From positions 1,077-65,076 of the forward strand of contig JAHJKL010000042.1 in assembly GCA_018822365.1 (NCBI GenBank): a stretch of DNA of 64,000 bases, written 5' to 3'. Shown piece by piece: positions 38,717 through 47,691 of this stretch. The position numbers were made by a program, and so were the translations under genes. Below the pieces are notes generated by a model. It was not told the DNA's origin and made no database searches. It worked only from the letters and a program-made list of their open reading frames with translations. Position 1 is the first letter of the stretch. Every line of letters begins with the position of its first letter. Source of the DNA: Candidatus Margulisiibacteriota bacterium (lineage in GTDB: Bacteria; Margulisbacteria; WOR-1; O2-12-FULL-45-9; XYB2-FULL-48-7).

Positions 38717-39609
38717 TTGAATTCCTTAACAATGCTTTCCAGATTGTTCCGGTCCATGACCAGGGCCGAACCGATCCCCGGTACATCTTGCGGCTCGCCC
38801 GAAGCGGTAAAAGTTTTTATATCTGCCGATCCCAGCATCCTGGTAAAATTAAGCAGTCGAATGATCGAGTTTAGCCTCATATTGGTATGGATGTGCTGGC
38901 GGGCGATCTCCAAACCGATCGGCGCTTTGAGAATATTTTCCGGGCGGGCAAATTCCTTGAAGATCGCCAGCATAAATCTCTGCTGGCGCGAGATCCTGGT
39001 CAGGTCCCCATAAGTATCGTGTCGAAAACGGAGAAAACCTTCCGCGTCCCTGCCGGAAAGCCGCTGCTGGCCTTGCTTCAGATTAATGTAAAGTTTTTGC
39101 GCGTTATCGGTGTAGTACATATCTTTGTCGACATAAACATTAACCCCGCCAAGCAGGTCGACCAGGGCGACGGCCGCCGCCGCATTGACAAATATATGCT
39201 TATCAATACGCAGTCCGGTCAGCTTAAAAAGTGTTTCTTTGACCAGGCCGGTCCCTCCGTAAACGTTGGCGGCATTGATCTTCTGAGAACCATAACCGGG
39301 GATCTCGACCAAAGTATCGCGGGGAATAGAGAGGAGGCTTAGTTTATAGTTAACCGGATCGATCCTGGCAATAATGATCGTATCGGTCCGGCCGTTCATG
39401 TCCATGATCCTTTGCCCGGTAAAACGGTCGTAATTCATGTCTATACCAAGGATCAATATATTGGTCGGAACCCTGACCGACCCGATCCTTAAAAAAACCG
39501 GGACCAGGTGTGGGGAAAAGATATTCAAATAAAAGTAGAGGATCCCGCCGATCAAGGTCAGCAGGGCGAGCAGACGCGTTCGATTGTTGGGTTTCTTTGG
39601 CTTATCCAT
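38713..39609 (-). CDS. LytR-CpsA-Psr (LCP) family protein
   Basis: N-terminal TM and LCP core motifs (LILGIDM, RTDTIIIARIDP, LSIPRDT). Confidence 0.8.
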   Translation of the reverse strand: MDKPKKPNNRTRLLALLTLIGGILYFYLNIFSPHLVPVFLRIGSVRVPTNILILGIDMNYDRFTGQRIMDMNGRTDTIIIARIDPVNYKLSLLSIPRDTLVEIPGYGSQKINAANVYGGTGLVKETLFKLTGLRIDKHIFVNAAAAVALVDLLGGVNVYVDKDMYYTDNAQKLYINLKQGQQRLSGRDAEGFLRFRHDTYGDLTRISRQQRFMLAIFKEFARPENILKAPIGLEIARQHIHTNMRLNSIIRLLNFTRMLGSADIKTFTASGEPQDVPGIGSALVMDRNNLESIVKEFK

Positions 39610-40269
39610 TTATTGCTCTGATTTGGGGTAACCGACCGGAATTAAATAAAAAGGATCACGGGTATCGGGCAGATCCAGAAGCTTGGCGATAACATCGTCC
39701 CAAAAAGCGCCAACCGGGACCGCGCCCAGGCCGAGCGCGACAGCCTGCAGCAGGATGTTTTCCGCCGCGTGACCAACCTCCATATTGATATACCGGTATG
39801 AGCGTTGGCCAAATTTCGCTTGAGTGATACGGAAATTACCGCAAATAATGATCACGCAAGGGGCTTCGCCAATGAACTGCTGGCCCAGAGATGCCCTGAC
39901 GATCGACCCGCGTTTGTCTTCTTTGGAGATCTCAACTAATTTGTTCCCATCGGGAACATATTCAAATACTCCGTCTTTTTTGGCTATGTATAAATTAAGC
40001 GGATAAAGGGAACCGGAAGAGGGGGCAGCCCGGAAACCCCAGCTTTTATCGGTGATCCCCTGGCCGGCCCACAATAACTGGGAGATCTGATCGAGGGTCA
40101 GATCATTGGGATGGAAACTTCGCCAGGAACGCCGGCGAAAAACCGCTTCTTCCAGCGGCATCTTTCCAATGATCTTTGGTTCCGGGAGTTTGATATATTT
40201 TTTTTCAGCCGCAGCCAGGTCGGCCAGCAGGGATAATAACAATAAAGAAAATAATATCTTTTTTATCAT
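39610..40269 (-). CDS. SagB/ThcOx-type nitroreductase-fold dehydrogenase with an N-terminal signal peptide
   Basis: RRSWRSF...PSSGSLYP...RSYRYINMEVGHAAENILLQAVALGLG matches the SagB-type family. A cleavable-looking signal peptide MIKKILFSLLLLSLLADLAAA. Confidence 0.7.
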   Translation of the reverse strand: MIKKILFSLLLLSLLADLAAAEKKYIKLPEPKIIGKMPLEEAVFRRRSWRSFHPNDLTLDQISQLLWAGQGITDKSWGFRAAPSSGSLYPLNLYIAKKDGVFEYVPDGNKLVEISKEDKRGSIVRASLGQQFIGEAPCVIIICGNFRITQAKFGQRSYRYINMEVGHAAENILLQAVALGLGAVPVGAFWDDVIAKLLDLPDTRDPFYLIPVGYPKSEQ

Positions 40270-40697
40270 TAGTCGTTTATGGTGATCTTAAACTTCTTTA
40301 AAAGCTGGTTGTTCGCGCGATCGACAATTGTTCCGACATAGATCCCGTTCCCCGGCAGGGTCCCGTCGTCAGCCCGGCCGGACCATTTGACCTTGTTAAG
40401 TCCGGCAGTTCCGCCGGCCCGACCGGCAGAAAAAATGAATTTTTTTACTATATCCCCATTAACTGAGACGACAAATATATCGATATCGGCATCATGCGAC
40501 AACCGATATTGAATGATCAAGTCCTTGTCTCTGCCGCGATTGTAAGGAGAGGGAAAAACCAGCGCGTCTCCGATCACCCGGTAAGGGCCTCCGCTGACTT
40601 CGGCCGAAGTACGGGCAGTAAAAGGGATCGATCCCATGGCAAACCCGGTCGTGGTAATAGACCAAAGCAAAATTCCGATCAAAAACAATCGACCCAT
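40269..40697 (-). CDS. secreted protein with an Ig-like (FlgD-like) beta-sandwich segment, hypothetical
   Basis: The start was set at MGRLFLIGILLWS, which carries a signal peptide. TAATG overlap with the downstream gene. Confidence 0.4.
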   Translation of the reverse strand: MGRLFLIGILLWSITTTGFAMGSIPFTARTSAEVSGGPYRVIGDALVFPSPYNRGRDKDLIIQYRLSHDADIDIFVVSVNGDIVKKFIFSAGRAGGTAGLNKVKWSGRADDGTLPGNGIYVGTIVDRANNQLLKKFKITIND

Positions 40698-40723
40698 AAA
40701 TGGGATGTTAGCACAAATATTAA

Positions 40724-40767
40724 TTGGAGAAAAGCCCCGAATGCGGCTAAAACCGCATCCAGGGCTT
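40724..40767 (-). terminator. rho-independent terminator after ssb (14-bp interrupted stem followed by UUUUCUCC)
   Basis: Minus-strand RNA AAGCCCUGGAUGCGGUUUUAGCCGCAUUCGGGGCUUUUCUCC. Confidence 0.55.
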
Positions 40768-40773
40768 GATTCT

Positions 40774-41139
40774 CTAGACTTCAACAAGTTCGGTCTCTTT
40801 TTCCGATTCTTTGTAAAACTTAGCGTCAAGCATCTGCATTTCGTCAAGAACGACCTCGGTTGCGCTTTTCTTCTGTCCATCCTTCCCTTCATAACTCCTG
40901 ATCTGAAGGCGACCCTCAACCGCTACCAGTTTTCCTTTTTTCAGATACTCTCCGCAGATCTTGGCCAATGAACCAAAGGCGACACAATTGATAAAATCGA
41001 CCGCGTCGGTCCCTTTTTTCTTGCTTCCGCGATTGATCGCAAGCCGAAAATTAGTCACTGCCAGCTCGTTGCTGGTGTAGCGAACTTCTGGATCGGCGAC
41101 CAAACGGCCAGCCAAAATTGATCTGTTTAATCCTCTCAT
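40774..41139 (-). CDS. ssb: single-stranded DNA-binding protein (OB fold) lacking the canonical acidic DDDIPF tip
   Basis: MRGLNRSILAGRLVADPEVRYT and an OB-fold core. Ends ...ELVEV. RBS AGGGGGTGAAG. Confidence 0.8.
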   Translation of the reverse strand: MRGLNRSILAGRLVADPEVRYTSNELAVTNFRLAINRGSKKKGTDAVDFINCVAFGSLAKICGEYLKKGKLVAVEGRLQIRSYEGKDGQKKSATEVVLDEMQMLDAKFYKESEKETELVEV

Positions 41140-41265
41140 CTTCTTCACCCCCTTTATCCGGTATTTTGGTGCCAGGTCCATAAATACCGTTCACCGATAA
41201 ATAAAGCAATATTATTGCCATGAGGGGTGATCAGTTGGAAGATTAAAAAATATGACGAATATCGG

Positions 41266-41670
41266 TCAATTACTTTCTGTTTTGTATCCGCAACCGGGAA
41301 GAAAAAATGGTTTTTTAAAATAGTCTACCAGAGGGTAGTTTCGGCAGAGTGGGGGACGCCAAAAGTAGGCTCCGCATTGACCATTAGATTTCTGTTGCCG
41401 GCACTTAAAAACCAGTGCCGGATAATCGGCATCAAAGCGGAGCAAATCAAAATCAAACAACCAGCTAAACCATCGGGTAAAAAAGCCAATAAAAAACCGG
41501 CTTCTGGCTTGCGCCGGGGACAAGGTCAAATAAATCTCCCGGCAGCATTGGCCGCAGCAGAGACAGTTCCCAGCTCGCCGCCAGGCGGTTGGGAATAAAT
41601 GGCGCAAGGCATTCATTAAGGCATTATCAATTACCCAGACCATGATGATAAAACGTTTAATTATCACCAT
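41266..41670 (-). CDS. YkgJ-family Cys-cluster (putative Fe-S/zinc) protein
   Basis: CLCCGQCC and C-terminal CGYK cysteine motifs. The start is uncertain. Confidence 0.4.
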   Translation of the reverse strand: MVIIKRFIIMVWVIDNALMNALRHLFPTAWRRAGNCLCCGQCCREIYLTLSPAQARSRFFIGFFTRWFSWLFDFDLLRFDADYPALVFKCRQQKSNGQCGAYFWRPPLCRNYPLVDYFKKPFFLPGCGYKTESN

Positions 41671-42880
41671 CTGCTTTGCGATTGAAGACCCAGATCCATT
41701 GGTTTTCACCTTCGGTAGTTTTCCAAAGATCCGGCATATGGCCCGAAACAATGATCAGGGAAATCAGCCTAATAGTATCGGAGTAATAACCTCCTTTTTC
41801 ACCGGTCTTCATTTGCAAAAGATAATTGTACAGTTTAAGCAGCCAGGGCTTATATTCTTCCGAAACCATCGCCGCCACGCAAAACGGCCCAATAAACGCG
41901 GCATTGCTGTATTGGCCGATCGACACGCCGTCGATCGTATATCCATCAGCGATCGCCTCCGGATTCCCGTCACATTTATCAAGGATCCAATTGGAAAGCC
42001 TTTTCAGGTAGTGGTCCCCTTCGCCATTCCAAAGATAATTGAGACCGAGCTTGAGCGGGGTAATACAGGCGTTATACGTATAATCATAGCTCAACTGGGT
42101 CTTTTCGCCGGTCGCGCTGCACCAATCCGGATATAAGCCGGTGTAATATCTATTATAAAACAGGGAGTACATTTGTTCCGCATTTTCGTCAACTTTCAAC
42201 CAGTCATCATTGAATTTTGCCCAGGCCTTATAATATGCCGGTGAATAAGTAGAGGGACTGGTCGTTGCCGATCCTCCCCAGCCGGAAGTCGGTTTAACAA
42301 TAAAGGAACGAGGTTCGATCTCCTTGTTCATTATATTAGAGATCAGTTTCCTGGCTTCCGCCAGGTAGTTGATCTTTCCGTTGCTTCCCCATTGCCGATC
42401 GGCAAATAAGAGGGCCATCGCAACATTTTGATCGGCATCGGTAGAAGACTCTTTTTCCTGGACCTGGCCGGTCCGGCTGACCTTCCAGGACATTAAACCA
42501 GCCCCGTTCATGTTCCTTTTATAATATAACCAAAATCCGTCAAAATATTTTTTTGTCGGGTTCTTCCTGTTCTCCATCAGCACGGTGATCAGCATTCCCC
42601 AGCCGATCCCTTCAGAGATCGTATCATAATCATAAAGCGGCCCTCGGTGAACCCGGTATTCCTGGTCAGGGCCGCCTTCTTCGGCAACATAATTATTCAG
42701 CCAACCCTCGTAGGCGGAAAAAGCGTTCAACAATAAAGTATCTCGAGGCAGGTCAAGTCCGATTCCGTATCGGTATTGTACGACCTGAGGAAAGGGGATC
42801 AACGGCATAGTCCTGGCAAAAGACGAAGAGGCGAGGAGGAGAAATACCAAGATCAGTAATGTTCTTAATATAAATGACAT
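41657..42880 (-). CDS. glycoside hydrolase family 8 (endoglucanase/chitosanase-like), secreted
   Basis: Signal peptide (MSFILRTLLILVFLLLASSSFA) and a GH8-like SEGIGWGM motif. Confidence 0.7.
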   Translation of the reverse strand: MSFILRTLLILVFLLLASSSFARTMPLIPFPQVVQYRYGIGLDLPRDTLLLNAFSAYEGWLNNYVAEEGGPDQEYRVHRGPLYDYDTISEGIGWGMLITVLMENRKNPTKKYFDGFWLYYKRNMNGAGLMSWKVSRTGQVQEKESSTDADQNVAMALLFADRQWGSNGKINYLAEARKLISNIMNKEIEPRSFIVKPTSGWGGSATTSPSTYSPAYYKAWAKFNDDWLKVDENAEQMYSLFYNRYYTGLYPDWCSATGEKTQLSYDYTYNACITPLKLGLNYLWNGEGDHYLKRLSNWILDKCDGNPEAIADGYTIDGVSIGQYSNAAFIGPFCVAAMVSEEYKPWLLKLYNYLLQMKTGEKGGYYSDTIRLISLIIVSGHMPDLWKTTEGENQWIWVFNRKADGDN

Positions 42881-42958
42881 TTTATTTGATTCCAGCTCCC
42901 TTGTGCAATCCAACTGCCAGTGATATTATAACATTGATACGACTTTTGGAGGCTAAAA

Positions 42959-43477
42959 ATGCTTACGCAATCGGTTGTGGTCCTGTTTTTCCTGTTGAAC
43001 ATCGCCCTTTTCTGGCAATTTGTTTATGGGGGAAAGTTTAAATCATATAGATATGTCGGGGTAATGTTATTTTTTCTTCTGCCGATCATTTCGGTGTTTT
43101 TTGCTCAACCCCGCTTTGAACTCGATTATTTCTGGTGGATCATAGCCGGATACTTTTTATTGGCGGCCGGAATTGCCGGTTTAATTTTGGCTGGCAAAGA
43201 ATTCAAGGGGATCAACCCTTTGGATCTGCCGGGAGAGACCCTGATCACCAGTGGACCATATAACTGGCTGCGGCACCCGCAATATTTAAGCGCGATCTTT
43301 ATTTTTATTGGTTGGTGGTGGATCTTTGCCGCTGTCTACTCGTTCTACTTTGGGATGATCATAATCGCCACCATCTGGCTCAACGCATACCTTGAAGAAA
43401 AAATTCTTTTACAGAAAAAATTCGGCCAAAAATACGCTGAATATCAGATCTCGGCCGGGATGTTCTGGGTTAAGTAG
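42959..43477 (+). CDS. isoprenylcysteine carboxyl methyltransferase (ICMT)-family membrane methyltransferase
   Basis: NWLRHPQYLSAI motif and several TM helices. Confidence 0.75.
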   Translation: MLTQSVVVLFFLLNIALFWQFVYGGKFKSYRYVGVMLFFLLPIISVFFAQPRFELDYFWWIIAGYFLLAAGIAGLILAGKEFKGINPLDLPGETLITSGPYNWLRHPQYLSAIFIFIGWWWIFAAVYSFYFGMIIIATIWLNAYLEEKILLQKKFGQKYAEYQISAGMFWVK

Positions 43478-45431
43478 CCTGCCAGATCTTTTCGTTGTAT
43501 TCCCTGATCATCCGATGGGTTGAGAAAAACGCGCTTTGTTCAATGCAATTGATCATCATATCTACCCAGGAACTATCCTGCGCGTAATAAGTCGTCACCA
43601 TTTCTTCCAGATTTTTATAGAGCGCTTTTGAATCCTCATCGAGCTTCAGGTCTCTTTCACTCCCAATCTCTCCCGGAGGGGGAACATAGCCAAATATTTT
43701 TCCAATCCCTTTATCGGCCGCTTCAACAACCCAGCCATCAAGGGTGCTTAACTGAGGAACACCGTTCAAAATCGCTTTCATCCCGCTAGTCCCCGAGGCT
43801 TCAAACGGCGGTAGGGGGTTATTTAACCAGACATCCACCGAATTGGTTAGTAACTTTCCAAAATATGTATCGTAATTTTCTAAAAAGCAGATTCGAATAA
43901 GCTTTCTTTCTCCATTTAACAATGTGATCTTTTCCAGCATTTCGTCCATGTGGATGGAAGCGGGGACATCGGCAGGGTGCGCTTTTCCAGCGATCACTAT
44001 CTGCAGTTGGCCAATTCGCCTGGCAATATCAATTAGCCGGTTGGGGTCTTGAAGTAACATGCTGGGACGTTTATATGGAGCGATCCGACGTGCCCAGCCA
44101 ATCGTAAAAGTATTTGCGTTAAAATACCAATATTCAAGCACTTTGGCCAAATTCTCTTTGTTTTTTTGATGCGCTGACCACAAATCCTTTCTAAATGCCT
44201 CATTATTTCTCAGGTTAACAACATTTTTTAATAATGTTGGATCAGCCTGCCAGTTACCAAGAACCTCCTGGTACTTATCAAATAATTCTTTAAAAGAATG
44301 GGAAAGCCAGGTAAAGGTGTGAATTCCATTGGTAATACTCTGAATTTTGTCTTTAAATTGAGGAAATTGCAGCCTTGTGACTTCTCCATGTTTTTGCGCG
44401 ACAGCATTTATATGAGCAGAAGTAGACATTGCCAATTGAGTTAAATTCGCAATATTGCTATTTTTCAAGTCACGTCCGTATTTTTTGACTATTTCGCTCC
44501 CTTCATTCCCAATTGCCATTGAAAGCTCTTTTAGGTCAAAACGATCATGACCAGCTTCAACAGGAGTATGACATGTATACGCGAAACTTGACTTAAGGCT
44601 ATCTGGAGCTATATTTTTAGCTTTCTCAACAAACGCAAAAGCAGCATGACCTTCATTTAAATGATTGATTTTTATTGAGTATTTAAGGGAATTATAGGCA
44701 TTAACACCACCCATGCCCAAGATCATTCTTTGGGCGATTTTTATCCAGGCATTTGAACTTCGGTACAATTGCGCGGTTAATTCCTTAAAATACTCTGGAT
44801 TTGAGTCAAGGTTTGCATCAAGCAATATTAATGGAACAACATTTTTTAAATCATTGGAGTAAACATAATATTTCCAAAGCTTTAAATGCAGCGGCTGACC
44901 GCTTAAATTTATAGTAACAACATTTTTTAAAGGAATTAGCCCTGGATATGTGTCTGGATCCCAGGAAATCTCTTCGGGAACCTGGCCACCAGCTCTAAAC
45001 CAGAATTTTTGCTTAAAATACCCTTTATGCCACAATATCCCGATCCCGGTCAGCGAAATATTCAGATCGGCCGCTGATTTAAGCGAATCCCCAGCTAAAA
45101 CACCCAAGCCACCGCTATAGATCGGCAGGTCCAGGAGCTTATTAAATGGTAAGGAATGATAATAATCCATATCTTTCATGTTGGAAAAGACTTCATGCTT
45201 GCTGATCACATTAAGCGGGCTAATAGAGTTAACTGTTTTAAAAGTGTGATACACGCTTGGGGCAAGGCCAAATTCCATAGAAAAATAAGCAATAGAAGGT
45301 TTATTCTGTAATCGTTCTTCGGCTTTTATTATCGGTTCTATAGGAAAACCAAAGAACTCGCTGTCAGAAATATCTTTTAAATACTTTTCTGAGGTATCTA
45401 TCTGCGATAATTGAATGAATTTTTCACGCAT
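43470..45431 (-). CDS. glgP: alpha-glucan (glycogen/maltodextrin) phosphorylase, GT35
   Basis: PLP-site motif EASGTSGMK and family length. Confidence 0.85.
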   Translation of the reverse strand: MREKFIQLSQIDTSEKYLKDISDSEFFGFPIEPIIKAEERLQNKPSIAYFSMEFGLAPSVYHTFKTVNSISPLNVISKHEVFSNMKDMDYYHSLPFNKLLDLPIYSGGLGVLAGDSLKSAADLNISLTGIGILWHKGYFKQKFWFRAGGQVPEEISWDPDTYPGLIPLKNVVTINLSGQPLHLKLWKYYVYSNDLKNVVPLILLDANLDSNPEYFKELTAQLYRSSNAWIKIAQRMILGMGGVNAYNSLKYSIKINHLNEGHAAFAFVEKAKNIAPDSLKSSFAYTCHTPVEAGHDRFDLKELSMAIGNEGSEIVKKYGRDLKNSNIANLTQLAMSTSAHINAVAQKHGEVTRLQFPQFKDKIQSITNGIHTFTWLSHSFKELFDKYQEVLGNWQADPTLLKNVVNLRNNEAFRKDLWSAHQKNKENLAKVLEYWYFNANTFTIGWARRIAPYKRPSMLLQDPNRLIDIARRIGQLQIVIAGKAHPADVPASIHMDEMLEKITLLNGERKLIRICFLENYDTYFGKLLTNSVDVWLNNPLPPFEASGTSGMKAILNGVPQLSTLDGWVVEAADKGIGKIFGYVPPPGEIGSERDLKLDEDSKALYKNLEEMVTTYYAQDSSWVDMMINCIEQSAFFSTHRMIREYNEKIWQAT

Positions 45432-45834
45432 ATTAATCGTACCTTTCTAATTAATGATTATGTTTTGCATTATAGTTTATGAATCATCTTTTGTGAAGTG
45501 GTTTTTCCAGTAGGGGGCATAATAAGTTGTAAGGATTAAGCGATAAGAAGTAAGTATTAAAGAGACAGAAATAATAGGGCATCGCTTATTGATTTAACCG
45601 CGCGATTACCACCAGCCGCAGGAACAGAGAGACACCACATCTGAACTGTTTATTAACCCTGTGGAAAACCCCAAGGTGACGCTATTTTCCGCACCCCAGA
45701 GCCTTATTTATACGTATCATCACCCCCTCGTATGTATACATAAGATATATTATGCGACACTGCATTTGGGTTGTTTTTTGGCTGTTTAAGGCTCTCGATT
45801 TGGCTGGTTTTTGGTAAGCGCACTTGCTACTTTT

Positions 45835-45858
45835 AACCGCGCAATTAATTGCGCGGTT
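45835..45858. repeat. perfect palindrome AACCGCGCAA-TTAA-TTGCGCGGTT (family copy C), followed by the imperfect hairpin AACCGTGCAC-tgaag-TACACGGTT
   Basis: Read directly. Inside the 650-bp non-coding tract. Confidence 0.85.
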
Positions 45859-45911
45859 AAAAAACCGTGCACTGAAGTACACGGTTATTTCTTGCTCATT
45901 GCGACGTTCAG

Positions 45912-45935
45912 TTAACTGCGCACTTAAGTGCGCGA
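45912..45935. repeat. degenerate palindrome copy AACTGCGCAC-TTAA-GTGCGCGATT (family copy C')
   Basis: Two mismatches to the consensus. A half-site TTAACCGCGCG also occurs near 45596. Confidence 0.7.
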
Positions 45936-46090
45936 TTAGATAGGCACCGGAAAAATCAAACCAAGCCTCCCCTATTCAAAAAATGAAAAATGATTATTTT
46001 TGAAACCTGGGACAATGCTGTTATTTTGCCTGATTAAGGCTTATATTGAGGCTTTTGTAGGGTTCGTGGTCGGTTACCAGGGAAAAAGCC

Positions 46091-47689
46091 TTAAAACGCG
46101 AGCTCTTTCTTCATGATCCCCAGCTCCCAAAACTCCCTACGGCGATCGTGGCGGAGAACAACATAGCTATCACCCAGGGCTTTAATCCCCAGATAATTGA
46201 TCTCATTAAACATTACCCCAGCCGATAGATCGTAGACCCATTGGTTCCCACCAACAAAAAGATCGGTCTGCAGGTAAAGATCAAGCGAAAAACTATCTTT
46301 TAACCGCCCGTATTCTTCGAAATAAAACGGACTTAAGCCGCTATCGGCCAGTGACTTGGTCAAGACCGCTTCATAAAAAAGGAAGTCCAAATTAAAGATC
46401 GGCCGCCGGACGGTCAAGGAACTGGCCAATCTGGTCCTGGACACGGTTCCCGGCTTATAATCATCATGCTGGTAATCAAGCGATAAAAAAGCCTTGGTCA
46501 CATAAGGTTGAATGAATGGGGTCTCCAGATAATAGGAAAAGTTCAGATCGGCCCCGGTTCTTAGATAATTGCGATCGACAACCTGCGCCGGAGCGCTCTC
46601 CGGATATATCTTCGTTTCCCTGATCCGGCCATAGGTTAAGGTCGGGACTATAGTATAGGTATGATCGAATAATAATCCTTTTACTTTGCCTTTAACGCTT
46701 ATATCGTAATCCCGGTCAATAACGCTCCGGTTAATCTCTTCGTTAAAACTGTGATCGGCCCGCAGGGCCAGCGGCGCCTCGATCCCGGCGACTTTGCCGG
46801 CCAGCTCGTTTTTCTCAAAAAAGCTTAATTGGCGGCCAATCGCAGGATCAGGATAATAATTGTAAACATAAGAAATTTTTCCCTGGGCCGAGGCTCTCTG
46901 CCAACCGGTCAGATCAACTTGGAATTGTTGATGATCTGAAAGACGAACGATCTGCTGAACCTCTACCCCTCCCCCATCAATTTCAGAATATCGAAGCGCC
47001 AGATCGCCAAACCATTGCGGATTAAAAAAGTAATGACTGTGGACCGCCCCATGCGAACCGTGAAAAAGGTCTTTGGCTGCTTCCAGGGCCGGGAACGGCA
47101 GCTCAAAATATTTTCTCCGCTGATCATTGATATATAAAGGGATATAATATATCGGGACCGGAAAAAACTTTAAAATATTGCCGCGAGCCAGGGCGTACCC
47201 AGGATAGATCTCGATCCGGCTGGAAGAAAAACTAAAAACCGGATAATTAAGTGGGGAGGTCGTAACCTGGTCGGCAACTATTTTATCACCAAAGAAATGG
47301 ACCCTACCCCCCTTTAAGTAAGCCGAAAGATAGCCAAACTTCAGGTTGTCGCCGGCGTATTCTCCTGTCTTCGGATTGATCCGAAAGTAATCTCCCTCCA
47401 GCGCATATTGTTCGTAATTACCTTTGAAAACGGTCAGTTCGATCTCGTCCTGGTCGTAGCTCGCCCGGTTGGCTTTGATCTTCAACTGGTCGTAGGTCAG
47501 GCTGACCCCAAATTTATTGCTTCGATCAATAATAACCTTCCGCCCTTTATCTTTAGCAAGTTCAGGCCCCTTGATCGAGAGCAATCCATCCGGCAGTTGG
47601 TGTGAAAACACAGCGGACCAAGCGGGTATTACAAGCAGCAAGTGGAGCAGTGTAATTATAACCGCGCGCTTAAGCGCGCGGTTAATCAA
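46091..47689 (-). CDS. LptD/OstA-like outer-membrane beta-barrel protein (tentative)
   Basis: Signal peptide, beta-strand-rich sequence, a C-terminal ...ELAF ending with Phe, and Mla genes upstream. TTG start; the palindrome lies inside the first 10 codons. Confidence 0.45.
   Translation of the reverse strand: MINRALKRAVIITLLHLLLVIPAWSAVFSHQLPDGLLSIKGPELAKDKGRKVIIDRSNKFGVSLTYDQLKIKANRASYDQDEIELTVFKGNYEQYALEGDYFRINPKTGEYAGDNLKFGYLSAYLKGGRVHFFGDKIVADQVTTSPLNYPVFSFSSSRIEIYPGYALARGNILKFFPVPIYYIPLYINDQRRKYFELPFPALEAAKDLFHGSHGAVHSHYFFNPQWFGDLALRYSEIDGGGVEVQQIVRLSDHQQFQVDLTGWQRASAQGKISYVYNYYPDPAIGRQLSFFEKNELAGKVAGIEAPLALRADHSFNEEINRSVIDRDYDISVKGKVKGLLFDHTYTIVPTLTYGRIRETKIYPESAPAQVVDRNYLRTGADLNFSYYLETPFIQPYVTKAFLSLDYQHDDYKPGTVSRTRLASSLTVRRPIFNLDFLFYEAVLTKSLADSGLSPFYFEEYGRLKDSFSLDLYLQTDLFVGGNQWVYDLSAGVMFNEINYLGIKALGDSYVVLRHDRRREFWELGIMKKELAF
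47660..47683. repeat. perfect palindrome AACCGCGCGC-TTAA-GCGCGCGGTT (family copy D)
   Basis: Read directly. At the mlaD-stop/LptD-like-start junction. Confidence 0.85.
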
Positions 47690-47691
47690 CC

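Noticed and set aside
45682-45882. 66-aa ORF inside the large non-coding tract
   Set aside because: No RBS, an odd composition, and it spans repeat copies. Most likely a chance ORF.
45432-46090. Possible tRNA/tmRNA/RNase P/SRP RNA in the big gap
   Set aside because: No GTTCRANYC T-loop, no CCA-adjacent acceptor-like stem and no recognisable conserved RNA motifs seen by eye. This cannot be excluded without cmsearch.
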